Positions 1 to 13,666 of a stretch of DNA of 64,000 bases are shown one piece after another. The notes under the pieces were generated by a model, which worked only from the letters and a program-made list of their open reading frames with translations, was not told where the DNA came from and did not search any database. This DNA comes from Octopus vulgaris (lineage: Eukaryota). Location of the stretch: assembly GCA_951406725.2 (NCBI GenBank), contig OX597817.1:144708001-144772000 (forward strand). Reading direction: 5' to 3'. The number at the start of each line of letters is the position of its first letter. Within the stretch, counting starts at the first letter, position 1. A program made the position numbers and the translations under genes.

Positions 1-873
1 TCTACAAATAAACACATGCTTAGAGTAGGGCCATTCGCTCTAACCATATTTTGCCCACTTTCGCCCATCTAGAGTATTTTATTCTATATCAACCATTGCT
101 GTGAAGGCACATGGCTTAGTGTTAGGATATTCAGTTCACTATCATAAGGTTGTGAGTTTGAATTTTGGTGTCACATTGCGTCCTTGGTATTGCAAAGTAG
201 TTGGCATCAAGAAGGACATCCTGCCATACAGACCATACCAAAACTGACATTGAAATACAGTGCAGCCTTGCAGCTCATTGATTTCTGTGAAACCATTGGA
301 AGTGTGGATAGTGAACATCAAATGCCGATAATGACAAAGAGTCGTTTATATTCATTAGATATACATTGCATGTTGGAAATACCATTGCCACAGTGACAAT
401 CATAATTCTGGCTCAGTAAAATGTGAACCAATAAAAATCATCATCATCATCATCAACAACAACTGCTTGTCTTAATCATGTTTATTGCTGGTGCTTAACG
501 AGTAAATTACGAAATAGTTTCTCTCTGTAAATGCTCTACTGAGGAACTTTACAAAAAATTTATCACCCAGCTAATCTAATGGGTCTTATTCAGTCAAGGT
601 CATCCCAGGGTTAAACAGCATTTACAACACATGGATGTTTGCTTCAATGAGATTGACATAATGAGCTAGAATTTAATTCGATAATTGCATTGGTCTTAGA
701 ATCATCTTAAATCAACATTTCATTCAAGTTGACTTTTATCCATTTAGAGTAAGGCCTTGCGTGTCTTATATAGTATGTAGAACAGCTTTCATTAACTGAA
801 ATAATCAAGGCAATTAGTAGACAAGAGCTCCTTGGTGGTGGTGCATTTAGAATCTAAAAAGAAAATAAACAAG

Positions 874-1329
874 GGCGTAGGAGTGGCTGTGTGGTAAGTA
901 GCTTGCTTACGAACCGCATAGTCCCGGGTTCAGTCCCACTGCGTGGCACCTTGGGCGAATGTCTTCTACTATAGCCTCAGGCCGACCAAAGCCTTGTGAG
1001 TGGATTTGGTAGACGGAAACTGAAAGAAGCCTGTCGTATGTTTGTATATATATGTATATATATGTATGTATATATATATGTATATATATATATGTATATA
1101 TATATGTGTGTGTGTGTATGTTTGTGTGCCTGTGTTTGTCACCCCAACATAGCTTGACAACCGATGCTGGTGTGTTTATGTCCCTGTAACGTAGCGGTTC
1201 GGCAAAAGAGACTGATAGAATAAGTACTAGGCTTACAAAGAATAAGTCCTGGGGTCGATTTGCTCAACTAAAGGCGGTGCTCCAGCATGGCCCCAATCAA
1301 ATGATTGAAACAAGTAAAAGAGTAAAAGA
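874..1329 (+). mobile_element. tRNA-derived SINE, family A (full length, internal TA/TG microsatellite)
   Basis: Box A-like TGGCTGTGTGG and box B-like GGTTCAGTCCC, body, internal microsatellite, 3' end ...GAAACAAGTAAAAGAGTAAAAGA. More than 15 similar copies in the window. Confidence 0.85.
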
Positions 1330-2871
1330 AATAACCTCAATAGAATAACTAAATTAAAATGTTTGAAAAATAAGATTGGATGAGAATGGTGGCTCTTACT
1401 TTTTAAAAACAGCTGGTGAAATCTTTCACTTAAAGCTGATAAAACCCGATATCATTTATACAGTGGCATCATATTATTTAACTCTAGCCTTCCACTTTTA
1501 TTAGGGAATCAAATTTGAGCCTTGTAAATCATCATCATCATCATCAAGGTCTACTCCTTGCTTCATGATTGCTTTTCCGTAGCAGCAAGATTTGTCTAAG
1601 ATTTCATCTGTGCAACACAGTTTCTGAGGTCTCTTGGTGTATCCGTTTCATAATATTAGCAATAGTCATAGCAAGCTTGAAAACATGTTTACTATTAAAA
1701 TATAGTAATTTAATATGATTCCTATGTCGTACTAGTATTGGCTCTGGAATGGTCTATGGTGAGGTTGTCTTTTATTCAACTTCATCTGACTCAGTCACAT
1801 GATTTTTTTTTTTTTTACTCAGTTTCAAAATTATCAACTTTAATCTGAAGCTGAAAATATTTTCTTAATTCCAAATCCTCTAGGATAATCCAGTAGTTTT
1901 GTCCATTGTCAGTTATCATATCTTGTTGATATCTTAATTCTTTTCAATATGTCTTATTCAGTCGCATGTTTAAAGGAATATATATATATATTCAAAATTC
2001 CTTTGTAGTTTTCCAGGAATAGAAATCCAAAACTAAGGGATTTTTCTTTCTTCTTTTGAAATATTGTTTATTAATGTAACATTCTGTTTCTGGTATAAAA
2101 ATTTATCTTTTTTTGAATCACTCTTGTTTAGTTTAGAAACTTAATATATAATATATAGTTTCCCTTCCTCCACTGTTTTTTGGGGGGGTTTCCCCCTTCA
2201 TAGCCTTCTTTAAGAATTCTTGTCATATTTTCAGATTTGGTCATATTCTTGCTTGCTTCTTCAATATTGTTATTTATATAAAGTTCATTTCTATTGCTAT
2301 TCCTAACATTGGCTATAACCTTATTTTCTTCACATATTCCAACATAATTCTTATATAATATTAATGGTTTATTTATAAGATTCGATTTAACTAAGGAAGT
2401 TATTAAATATTAATACATGAACATATGTATGTGCTGGCATACGCCATACGTACTATGCATGTTATTATAAATATATTATTTATTCATGTATTATCCATGT
2501 TATTATACATTTAATTCTTTTTCATTCATTGAAGTAACGAATGAGAATTTATCTATCAACAGCAATTTAAAATATAATTATAAAAATAGATTTTAAAGTC
2601 TTTCTAAAATAGTTTTATTTTTCTCTTAAATTCAAATTCTTCATTCAAAAATGTGTTTATGTAGAATTTTTTTGTATATAAAAAGTATTTCTGTGAATTT
2701 AAGAATTTAGGAATTATTAGTCATAAATATACCCTACACACATGCGCACACACACGCACACACACCTCTTTCTCGCTCTCTTTCTTTCTCTCCCTCCCCC
2801 ACCCTCTCACTCTGTTCTGTTGTTATCTCATGCAAAAGTTAAGCAATCTAACTTTATCTCTCACTTTTCTT

Positions 2872-3126
2872 TTAACTGTTTCAATACCAACCTGTCTGAA
2901 ATTTCATCTGGTTCTATGTTACAAAACCTCTTATTTTAAATTGTCTGTATTTAATTAAAACTTAAATACCATAAGTATATCTAAGAACTCCTTGCTTAAT
3001 TATTTTCAAAACACCACCTTATTAATGAGTTATTTTGCTAATCACTACTGAATTCTTGATCATTTTTGAAAATTAATTAAAACATTAGCAATGTATTTAT
3101 TGGAAATTTGCTTATGAAAGGGTTAA
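2872..3126. mobile_element. Degenerate TTAA-flanked (piggyBac-like) MITE
   Basis: TTAA ends, right end AAAGGGTTAA; similar in inverted orientation to 32747-32976. Confidence 0.45.
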
Positions 3127-3749
3127 TGGATATGCTGTTATCCCGATTCTTTTCCTAGTTTTTTACATCTACCAAAAAAGAATATCTATGGAAATGAATT
3201 TAACATTTCTCTTCTTCTAATTAGAATGAAACAGTTGTCTGAAAAATTATACCATTTAGTAAAATAGTTTTAAGATGGACATGTTGTATACAGTAAGGTG
3301 TTGTATGTGTTACAATAGGCTATTTTGGCATTCACAGCTGATACAGTACTTGAAGGTTGATGTTAATAGAGTTAGCTATGAGAACAGTATAACTTGAAAA
3401 GTATTTAAAATATACAAGTGATTCAATGCTTGAGATAAGTTGGTTTGGTTGGTGCAGTGATTGTGTGGTTTATATGTAAAAGCATTAAACCTTCAGATCA
3501 AAAGTTAAAATCTAACATCAACATTGAACCACGTGGCAAAACACATTACTTTCTTAAAGATAGGTATCATCTCAATTTCTCCATTGTAAGCTTGTTGTGG
3601 AACAAGCATCCAATGATAAAAACAAATATTTACATTCAAAGAAATCTTTTACCTAGGCTTGTATAAAACTGAATGGTTGTACTTTTGGTACATTTGAAAG
3701 GCATGTTGTCTAGTGATTACTCTGTTGAGTTTACAGTCATAAAGCTATG

Positions 3750-3967
3750 CAAGGGGGTGCTGAAAAGTTCCTGGCTTTAAGGGTATTGCGAAAGGAATGG
3801 TTGAAGGCCCAACCTTCTGAGTTCTTTTACAGGGCTCAGAAAAACCTGAAGGACCACTGCAATAAGTGTATGAATCTGAGTGGGGAATATGTTGAATAAA
3901 ATCATAATTAACTGATCCTCCTGTATTTTCTTTTACCCAAAGTCAGGAACTTGTCAGTAATTCCTCA
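3750..3967 (+). mobile_element. Mariner-derived MITE
   Basis: Degenerate TIRs (CAAGGGGGTGCTGAAAAGTTCCTGGCTTT / AAAGTCAGGAACTTGTCAGTAATTCCTCA). Internal KCMNLSGEYVE* resembles a mariner transposase C-terminus. Confidence 0.7.
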
Positions 3968-4775
3968 TAGATTCTGTTCCTGGGCTGGAAGCAAAGCATG
4001 GTGTGTCTTTCAGCATGGTGTTTATTAATTACTCTGAGATGAAAAACAGGTATCCACATGGCTTTTAGTTTACAGCTCATTAATTGGCAGAAACCTCATC
4101 ATTTTCAGCTATAAGTACAAAGTCATGTGGCTACCCACTTTCGTGTTTTCCAGGGTTTTAGTGAAATAAAATCACACCTGCTGATGCTTACTGATAGGCT
4201 TAAAGAGTTTATGATATTGTATCTCTTTGATTCTCAATTTTAGAAGTAAGAAAAATGTAATTAAAACTAGTATCTTTTTTTTTTTAGTTGTAGAGCTGAA
4301 AGTAGATAAAACTATGAATGATAGCCTGTAGAATATTGGATTAAAATACTTAGGGGTTGGGGGGGAAATTGAAAGCTGCTTCTCTGTCATATTTACAAAA
4401 GATGTGGGTTCTTGGCCCATAAGCATCTTTCGATCTTTTTCAATTCAAGGAGTTTTAAAATCCAATATTGTACATTCTATCACTTATAGCTTTATCTACT
4501 TCAAGTTCCACCATTAAAAACAAAAGTTTAATATTTCTATAAAAACTAATATATTTATAATCTCACAGTTTATGAATTATTATGGACTATATCATACACA
4601 TTTGTTCTTTTATATTATGCACATCTGTTCTTTTAAATGAATCAAATTCAATATATTATTATATATTTTTTTTTATATATTTTCAGGTGAGTACAAATCT
4701 CCAAGAAATAATTCAGCATCTGGTAAAGTCTATTTTCCCTTTGTTTATTATTATCACTATTATTATTATTATTAT

Positions 4776-5288
4776 TGAGTGAGAGAACAGTGCATGCCAT
4801 CAAAGTGACACTGGGGTAAAATATACGAAGCCCAATATACCCATCATGACTACCCGTCTGATAAAGGTACACCAGGCACATGCATCACAACCATATGTGC
4901 GCGACATGGTGATCTCATATCAAGATAAACAGCACATGACCTTGCAGGTGGGGCCCAGTTAGAAATTTCTTCAGGTTGAGTAGCCCATCCCGCTCAAAAG
5001 GTCCCTGAATAAGGGTTGTTTAAGGATGTTGAAAGAACCACCCATGTTTCCAGAGGTGAATTATTCAAACCCCAAAGAATCCCTCTCAACACATGGCTAT
5101 GATGCTCCCCCACTACGTCTGCTCATGATCAGAGATGCACATATTGTCAGCCACTAAGGGACATGCTCAACTGGTTAAGGTCAAACAACTGACAAGCAAA
5201 TCTGTGGTATTGAGCAGAATATTTGCTGTAGCCCATCTTTTATACCAAGACAAAACAATGTACATGATAACACTTCCAATCAGTTAAG

Positions 5289-5290
<2 letters not shown>
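4776..5290 (-). mobile_element. Retroelement 3' portion inserted in (TAA)n
   Basis: Flanked by (ATT)n on both sides. The same terminus TGAGTGAGAG..CATCAAAGTGACACTGGGG recurs at 50116. Confidence 0.6.
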
Positions 5291-5320
<30 letters not shown>

Positions 5321-5335
5321 TACTACTATTATTAT

Positions 5336-5661
5336 TTTCCAATTGACTGACATTTTATTTCATCTTTTGACCGGGTCTCAATCAGAGACCTAAGGCACGT
5401 ATATATCAGATGGAGAGAAACTTCCTGAGAATGAGGGCAGTTGATGTCTACACAATGTTTTGAGTCTCGTATATTGTTGGTCTCCCTGGGATCTGGTGAA
5501 AAAAAATTGTCAGTACCTTTCTTGATCATTCCCAGAGCAGCTACAACAACAGGGTTGGTTTGGGTTTTTAATTGCCACATCCTAGATATCTCAATCTGAA
5601 GGTCCTTATATTTCGACAGTTTTTCAAATTCCTTTGCTGAGACATTTCTATCAGTAGGCAT
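5336..5661 (-). mobile_element. R4/Dong-like non-LTR retrotransposon 3' fragment (RLE C-terminus)
   Basis: PTDRNVSAKEFEKLSKYKDLQIEISRMWQLKTQTNPVVVAALGMIKKG matches the KxxKYxxL..W..P.VVGALG pattern; flanked by (TAA)n. Confidence 0.8.
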
Positions 5662-6135
5662 ATTATTATTATTATTATTTTCATTATTATTATCATCATC
5701 ATCATCATTATTATTATTATTATTATTTCCATTTCACTACTCAGAGCTCTCGATTTCACTTTCTCCAGCTAATTCTGTAAGAGCAGACAAAAACCTCTTG
5801 TCAAAGGTTTCACAGGGTCCCTTTCTATGTTACTTAACATCCTACTACCAATTTCAAAATTCTTGCTATCTCCAATAAAGCAATTTTCTGAGCAAGCCAA
5901 TCCCAATTTCTCCAGTAAATTTCTCAGATCTGGTTGTTAATACTCCCAGTTACCTTCCTCATTACCCACATTGGTACAATCTCATCTTTTAGAGACTTGT
6001 ATTTAGTTTATTATTATTATTATTTGGAATCAATAAAATAAGTACTGAAGTCAGTGAAACCATCTAGCCTCTCTCCACAAATCTCATGCCTTGTGCCTAT
6101 AGTAAAATGCATTATTATTATTATTATTGTTGTTG

Positions 6136-6502
6136 TTACGTCCTCCTTAGTGAAGGCGGAGGTATTGTTTTCAGTTATGTTTGTTTGTTTCTCCATGGAC
6201 AAGATATCTCATGAACTGCGTGATGGACTCGGATGAAACTTTCAGGGATGTTTGGCCTCATGACTGGCACAAAGTGATTAGATTTTGGGATTGATCCAAT
6301 ACTGGACAAGAATTCTGGATTATTTTTCTGGCTATTTTTACTTAATTTTTGAGAGGGGACGGGTTCATTTTTAGCATTCTCGTTTGTGTGAGCAGTCGAG
6401 TTTATTTCAGATATTCTCATTTTAAAAATCATCTTTGGCTAATCGTTGAGAGAACGTTGGTGCTGCCTTGGCAAAGGTTTGCGCTCTCTGAGTGCTCTTG
6501 TT
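6136..6502 (+). mobile_element. Helentron-like non-autonomous element (HINE/DINE-like)
   Basis: 5' hairpin/subTIR (..AAGGCGGAGGTA), GTTT repeats, 3' CCTTGGCAAAGGTTT followed by hairpin GCGCTC-TCT-GAGTGC; second copy at 51167-51473. Confidence 0.65.
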
Positions 6503-6670
6503 GTTATTATTATTATTATTATTGATATGGTGAGCTGGCAGAATTGTGAGCTGGACGAAAAATTGTTTTTCGTCCATCTTTATGTTCTGAGTTCAAATAC
6601 CCCTCCCCCAAATTTCAGGCCTTGTGACTATAGTAGAACATATTATCATCATCATCATCAGTATTATTAT

Positions 6671-7020
6671 CCATATACTCACAACAGATTAGACTGTTAG
6701 AAAATAAAATTTCCTAACATTGGGCTACAGCAAGTAACCTTAGATGACAGGAACGCTCCTAAGTATTTTAGCTGTCCTGAATAACACCTGAATAACAATA
6801 ATGGATAGAGGAAATGCCTATTTCCTCTATCCATCTGTTCAGATCTTTAAGAATAGTTCCTATAACTACTGGGATACATTTTACCCGCACTTTCCATAGT
6901 TTCTGTAATTCAATGGCTAGGTCCTGGAACATTGCTATTTTTTCTATACCTCCCTCATTGATTTTTTTCATCATTTGGGACTGTAAAGTTAATTATCTGG
7001 TACTTTCTATTCTTTCTATT
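6671..7020 (-). mobile_element. R4/Dong-like 3' fragment
   Basis: EKIAMFQDLAIELQKLWKVRVKCIPVVIG then TAKILRSV near the stop; (TAA)n flanks. Confidence 0.75.
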
Positions 7021-7724
7021 ATTATTATTATTATTACATCTTTTTTTTAATGGAATTTGATAAGTCAGGTCTTTGGTTTCTAGCTTCAAATCTCCACTAC
7101 CCAGACATACTTCAGTGGAAAATATATATACTTGACCAAAACTTGAAATTCAAAATAGCTGACAAGATAGATAGTTTTATTCAGTAATAATCATATAATG
7201 GGAAATATAAAATCTCTGCCTGTCAATAAAATAATTTAGTTATGACAAGTATGATCAACAAGAATAAAATTAATGTTGCGTCTAAAGAAGCTTCAATTTT
7301 GATGTCAAGAATATTATACAAATAATTACAGAAATGAACACCGTGTTGTACAGAGTTTGCTAACGAAGTGTATAGACACATTTCTTTCCAAGTATGGGTG
7401 TGGGTTGTGTGTGCATGGGTGTGTAAAATATATATGTATGTATGAATGTGTATATAAAATGACTAGCCACATGTTGTTACTACAAAGAAGTAGATGTTAG
7501 TATCATTGAGACAAAGGAACATATTTGATGTATTATACAATTATGGCTTACATACTGTATTCTAGGTTTCCTGGCAAACTGGGGGTATGAAATTATCTGA
7601 TCATCAATCAGTAATCAATACTCATGTCACCATTCTTCACACATCAGCTGATGAACGGTGGCACAGGCATTGATTGGATAACTTCATATGTGTGTGGCGG
7701 GGAGGGCGGGGTATATATATATAT

Positions 7725-8230
7725 GCCAGGTCCGCCTGACTGGCCCCCATGCTGGTGGCATGTAAAAAGCACCATCCGAATGTGGTCGATGCCAGTGCCC
7801 CCAGACAGGCTTCCATGCTAGTGGCATGTAAAAAGCACTATCCAAATATGATCGATACCAGGGCCGCCTGACTAGCTCCCATACCAGTGGCATGTAAAAA
7901 GCACCTACTACACTCTCGGAGTGGTTGGCATGTGCTGGTAAGGCAATGCTGGCAATAACCACACTTGAATGGTGCTTTTTATGTGCCACTGGCACGGGAG
8001 CCAATCCATGGCCGTGGCAACGATCACGCTCAGATGTGCTTTTAACGTCCCACTGGCATGAGTGCCAATCAGGCGGTACTATCATCAGCCATGTCAGCGA
8101 TTTTGAATTTGATTTCACTGCCTCAATAGGTCTTCACAAGCAAAGTTTATTGTCCAATGAATGAGGGGTACTCATAAGTGGGCTGGTTACACCCACTGGC
8201 ATAGGCCACGGGCTATGGTCTCACTTGGCT
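7725..8230. mobile_element. Two family C SINE fragments in inverted orientation, with internal ~60 bp tandem units
   Basis: GTGGCATGTAAAAAGCAC units on + (7725-7930) and on - (7930-8230). Confidence 0.7.
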
Positions 8231-8494
8231 TCTGCCAAGGTGCAAAAGATCATGGAAGAGTTGCTTGTATTTTGTTGAGCTGTGACTCCTGATAAATAAT
8301 ACCGGTAAATAATGTATTTGGAGGCATAAAAAATGCATGGATATATTAGATGCACCACAATTTCAGCTGTGTATATTCAGCAAAAAAAATGAGGTGCCAA
8401 GGATGAAATTAGCTGATGAGAATCCCAATTTTGTATATAAGACTCAGGGTGATTTTTGAGACTTTAAAAAAAAAAAATAGTGCTTCTTATATAC

Positions 8495-8715
8495 CTATTT
8501 CTTTACTGCCCACAAGGGGCTACACGCAGAAGGGACAAACTGATCAAGTCGATTACATCGACCTCAGTGCATAACTGGTATTTAATTTATTGACCCTGAA
8601 AGGATGAAAGGCAAAGTCGACCTCGGCGGAATTTGAACTCAGAATGTAGTGCCAGATGAAATACTGCTGAGCATTTCACCTGGCGTGCTAATGTTTCTGC
8701 CAGGCTCACTGCCTT
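8495..8715 (-). mobile_element. SINE family B
   Basis: Reverse complement of GAGTTCAAATTCCGCCGAGGTCGACTTTGCCTTTCATCCTTTC...AAATTAAATACCAG. Confidence 0.8.
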
Positions 8716-9080
8716 CTTATATACCACTATCATCATCCCCATCATTTAGTGTCTGTTTCCCAATCTGACATAGAGTTGAACTGTTTGATAGGAGCTGGCA
8801 AGACAGGTAGCCACATCAGGCTCCATTGTCTGTAAGATATGATAATCTGTTAGTGACTTGTAATGCTTGTTAATATAACATCTAAGTCACTGATTGGTTA
8901 GAAATAGGTGATTTCAGATCGTTACTATTACCATACAGACTTCTACTGCTAATATTGAATAGACATGCCAGATAATTGTAGTGTAGAATTAATTAATTAA
9001 TTTGTCTCAAATCAAATCTATGTGTGTTAGTCCACATAACTGGTGCATTATAAAAACATCATCTTGCCTTTATCATGAAA

Positions 9081-9471
9081 CTAGCAGTATCGCCTAGCGT
9101 TGCTCAGGTTTGTTTCAACCCTATAGAATTGGAATTTTTGAAAAGTAAAAATTTTGCATTATGTAGCTTGTTATTCTCTTCAAGTGAACATTTTTCCAGT
9201 TGAAATACACTGAGAAATGGCAACACAGCAGTCAAAAAATGGTAAAAAAATAAGGATTTTCATAGAAAAAAAGCACCTTTTTGATGTAAATAATTTTTGG
9301 TGTTAACATAGTCCGATTTGAATTTTATCTTCTATGGAAAGATATTTTATCTTCTATCATACTCTCAATTTTGGTCAACTTGCGCCGAAGGGTCTCGGAG
9401 GAGATAGTGTTAGTTGAAGGCTACCAAACCTGCCATACACAGACAACTTCAGCTTTATATATAGAGAGAGA
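9081..9471 (-). mobile_element. Non-autonomous Helitron
   Basis: Minus strand starts A|TCTCTCTCTATATATAAAG and ends with a subterminal hairpin then CTAG|T; inserted between A and T with no TSD. Confidence 0.8.
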
Positions 9472-10278
9472 TTAGTGATACTTCTGTAACAAAATTATCA
9501 CTATAGTTTATCAGTTCATAACGAAAACACTGAGAAACCACACATTTGCCTCCATTACTATTCAACACTCACATCGTAAGCTAATCACCCATTTATATTC
9601 TTTGCAATTCAACACAAACACAAACAGGTTTCCCAGAAAACCACATCTGCTTCTAATCATTCATCACAATTGTAGTTCTCCCTGTAATTTATATCCAACC
9701 ATGAACTGTTGTTTCCTGCATTTAACTTTACAAAATAACACCTAATTAGCAATCTTGATAAGAAACAGACCTAACCGGTAGCCAATATAAGTGACTGGTC
9801 TTTTATTTACAATACGAGTAGCAGGTAGCCACTAAGTGGTTTTTTACTTACAATACCAGCAGAGGGTTTTCTTTCGATTCTATGCAAAACTTCACCTTTA
9901 CATTAAAATTTAACATGTTTGAAGGGAAATGTTGAGCTTATGAACAAGTTGTTGCTCTTGCTGTTCAATATTCCCATCCAACAAATGTTGACAGGTCTGT
10001 TATTTTATGCATCTTTAGCTAACACATCATTGTGAATTAAGCTTCCAAATATCCTGTAGATCTAAAACCAGGTAGGTTCTCAGCTGCCAACTAAATTTGA
10101 ATTATTCGTGGAAAGATTCAGCTCGGCTTCAAAAATTTGATGTGCAATGTAAACCACATGGTATTGGGTTCAGTCCCACTGCGTGGCACCTTGGGCAAGT
10201 GCCTTCTACTATAGTCTCAGGCCGACCAAAGCCTTGTGAGTTGATTTGGTAGATGGAAACTGAAAGAAGCCCATCATA

Positions 10279-10357
<79 letters not shown>

Positions 10358-11167
10358 ATGTATGTATGTATGTATTTATATGTTAGCCCATTCATTTCTT
10401 CGCATCTACCAACAAACAATTATTTATGAGTACGTGTCTGTTATGGGGAAGCTGCTCAATCATTAGAAGTTGTTGCTATCTATGATCAAAGACATTCCAG
10501 TTATGATAATCCCCCACCATATTTTGTTTCAGGCAGTGGACTACATTATCTAATACATCTTTCCATTATTAAAATTGAAGTGTTATGATACAATGATGAT
10601 GAGGATGCTATTTTGGCCAGATTGAATGACCACAAAGAGGATCTCTTATCAGCTCAAACACTGAAAGTATATTAACCGGATGAAAATAGTACTACACTAG
10701 CAGGTTCAAGGATCAAACCTACATCATACCAAGTGCTTTTGTGGTGTACTAGGGCAGTATATTTAGTTCAGCTAGCTCTTCAAGAGGATTTATCTGTTGT
10801 TTATTTATGAATATAGAACCTGGAGTTGGGCAACAGTATTTGCCATCATTTGGTATTCACGTCTCCGTGCTTGCATGGGTCAGGTGGAATTTTTTGAGGT
10901 GCATATTTCTGCCATCAGATGCCATTTCAGTCACCAACTGCCAAATGATTCCAAGCAAGATAATATTTCCCCATGGCCTGACATGTTTTTCACAGAAGAC
11001 TAGAAACGAACATCACTTGTATAACAATGACACTTGTTTACTATCATCTCATGATGTCAAGACAAGAATGCTCTCACGCACACATGCACGCATATGCACA
11101 CACACACACACACATAGAATGGTGACAGAAGCAGTATTAATGCTAAAAGATAATATCTATCTCCCAC

Positions 11168-11428
11168 TTAAAATAGATGTTGCGTTAGAATTGAGTGTGT
11201 TGGAATTGAGCCCAACACACTGTACTAGTTACCACAAGAGAACCTCTCATATAGTTCCGTGGTGCATGTAAGCACTCTTGTTTACAATCCTGATAGTGGC
11301 AATGGCAGTGGTTGTCTCTTGCTGGCGGTGTAAACAAAAGTGCTTATATGCACCACAAGTCCATATGAGAGGTTTTCTCTTGGTAACCATTGCAGTATGC
11401 TTTGTTCTAATGCAACATTCACTTTTAA
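11168..11428. mobile_element. TTAA-bounded foldback MITE (possibly Kolobok-like)
   Basis: Long imperfect inverted arms (GTTACC..CTCTCATAT..GTGGTGCATGTAAGCACTCTTGTTTACA versus its reverse complement), a ~40 nt loop, TTAA at both ends. Confidence 0.65.
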
Positions 11429-12572
11429 GCAGCAATAAATGTAAATACATATATTTGTGTATCATCATTGTCCTTTAATGTCCATGTTCCATGCTGGCAT
11501 TGGCTGGATGGTTTAACAAGATCCAACAGGTCCAAGGTCTACACATATGTCAGTGTTTGCTTTGGTATGGTTTCTATGACTACATGCCCATCCTAATGCC
11601 AAACACTTTTGTAGCATTTATTGAGTGCCAGCTGCACAATAGGCTTCTTCTAGTTTCCATCTACCAAATCCACTCAAAGCTGTCATCAACCAAAGGTTAT
11701 TATAGAAGACACTTGTCCAAGGTGCCACACAGTGGGATTGAGCCCAAGACCACATGGCAATGAAGCAAGCTTCTTAACCACACACCAACACCTGTGTCCA
11801 TGACTTCTAGATCATTCTTATTTAAAACGGATTAGCTCTGTGTGAATGTGGATGTGTGTTTGGATTTATTCAAATGGCCATCAAATCGAATTAATTATTA
11901 ACCATTAAAAGCCTTCTGGCTTTTCTGGATTCCTTGATGACCTGTGAATGACCATGCATAGCAGATAAACGTCATATCACACTCAGTTAAACCTTATTGC
12001 TTAAAACTTGGAATAAGCACTTACTGCCCACTCTGTGACATGAGAGATATTGTAACCCTATCTGCTCTATTCTCATGAGAGGAACTTTAATTTCAAACCT
12101 GTAAAACATTTGACCGCTTATCAATTTCTAGTTAGTTTGGTGTTCCATTACCAAGTCATTGTTTTGTCTGTCCTTATCTGATCTACTGTTAGATAACTGT
12201 GGGAAAAGCTGATTACCAATTTATTCAAAATACCTGTCATTGATGAGAGAAAAAATCACTTCTCTTTAGATGGAAGCCATTCACACTTTATCTTGTTAGC
12301 CACTGAAATGCACATGGGATGTAAGGAGATGCATAATAACAGTAGATTATGTACTCAATGAAGTTGTATAGAATCTGGTCAGTCCTGATTGAGCAGAACT
12401 ATAATCAGAAGAATTCCAGCCATAGCCATTCCTTCTTTTGTCTTTACAGAGAGAGGGCATTTAATATAAAAATTCTAATTTCCAGATCTATGTTCCAAAC
12501 TTTTGGCCATGACTCTAGGTTATAGGTATATTACACACAAAAAATAGACAAGATATTTTGAACATTTGTCCA

Positions 12573-12985
12573 GGTGTATGCATGACTGTGTGGTTAAGGA
12601 GTTTGCTTTGCAACCATGTGGTTTTTGGTTTAGTCCCACTTGCATAAAACCTTGGGCAAGTGTCTCCTACAATAGCCCTAGGCCAGCCAGTGACCTGTGA
12701 ATGAATTTGATCAATGTATGTATATATTTATGTATGTATACATGTATATGTATGTATATAGATGTGTTTGTGTATGTATTTGTGTTTTTGCACCCCTCTT
12801 TCCTCCAATCAGCACCTGACAACCAGTGTTGGTTTGTTTATGTCCCTGTAACTTAGCATTTTGGCAAAAGAGACTGATCAAATAAAATAAGAAACAGGAC
12901 CAATTCATTTGATTAAAAGCCTTTAAGCCTATGCCTCAGCATGACCGTAACCCAGTGAATAAAACAAGTAAAACATACAAGGTAA
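12573..12985 (+). mobile_element. SINE family A (diverged)
   Basis: Same head, body, microsatellite and tail as 874-1329. Confidence 0.75.
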
Positions 12986-13419
12986 AAGGTAACCCACACC
13001 ATTCTGGATATAAGAATTCTAAACAAGTTCTGGTTTCATTTATTTTTGAGCAACATTTAATCAATAACAACTCTACACCTTTAAGAAGCTGAATCCATTC
13101 TATCTTCTCAACACACAATGAGTTTGGTAGCTTTAATGCTTCAGATGTAACCAAGGAAACACAGGGGATTGATCTCTTTAATAGTGCAGAAGATTCTTAG
13201 AACGAAGAGACAATTTCGTATAAAAACTGGTTTGAGCACTAAAAATGTTTAAGATAAAAGACAATGAAACGGGAATGTATGAAGATGTGTGTGTGTGTGT
13301 GCATATATCTGTATGTATGTACATATATGTGTATGTTGTGTATGCATATGTCTACATATACGTATATATAAATATATATATTTGTGAGTGTATGTATATA
13401 TATATATATATATATGTGA

Positions 13420-13473
<54 letters not shown>

Positions 13474-13666
13474 GAGTGCATGTATATATATATATATATA
13501 TTTGTTTATATGAACGTCATAATCATCACCATCATTTAACATCTTTTCTTCCATGCGCATGTGTATTTGGTGGAATATAATTCACCCATTGCTGCTTTAT
13601 ACATCTGAGAAAAAGACTGCAAAATAAAAGCGAAGCTCAGCATATGAGAGATAGTCCAGAGGTCGA

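Noticed and set aside
874-950. SINE heads as tRNA genes (also 14263, 33320, 59420)
   Set aside because: A and B boxes are present, but there is no complete cloverleaf and each continues into a repeat body.
2130-2350. Asn/Glu/Lys-rich minus-strand open frame
   Set aside because: No motif recognised; composition fits AT-rich noise or an unidentifiable TE relic.
7725-8100. CRISPR-like repeat-spacer appearance (also 25390-25700)
   Set aside because: The spacers are homologous to each other, the units are internal to a dispersed SINE, the context is eukaryotic and there are no cas genes.
11278-11478. ORF resembling a transmembrane helix plus basic tail
   Set aside because: It lies within a palindromic MITE and has no convincing splice sites.
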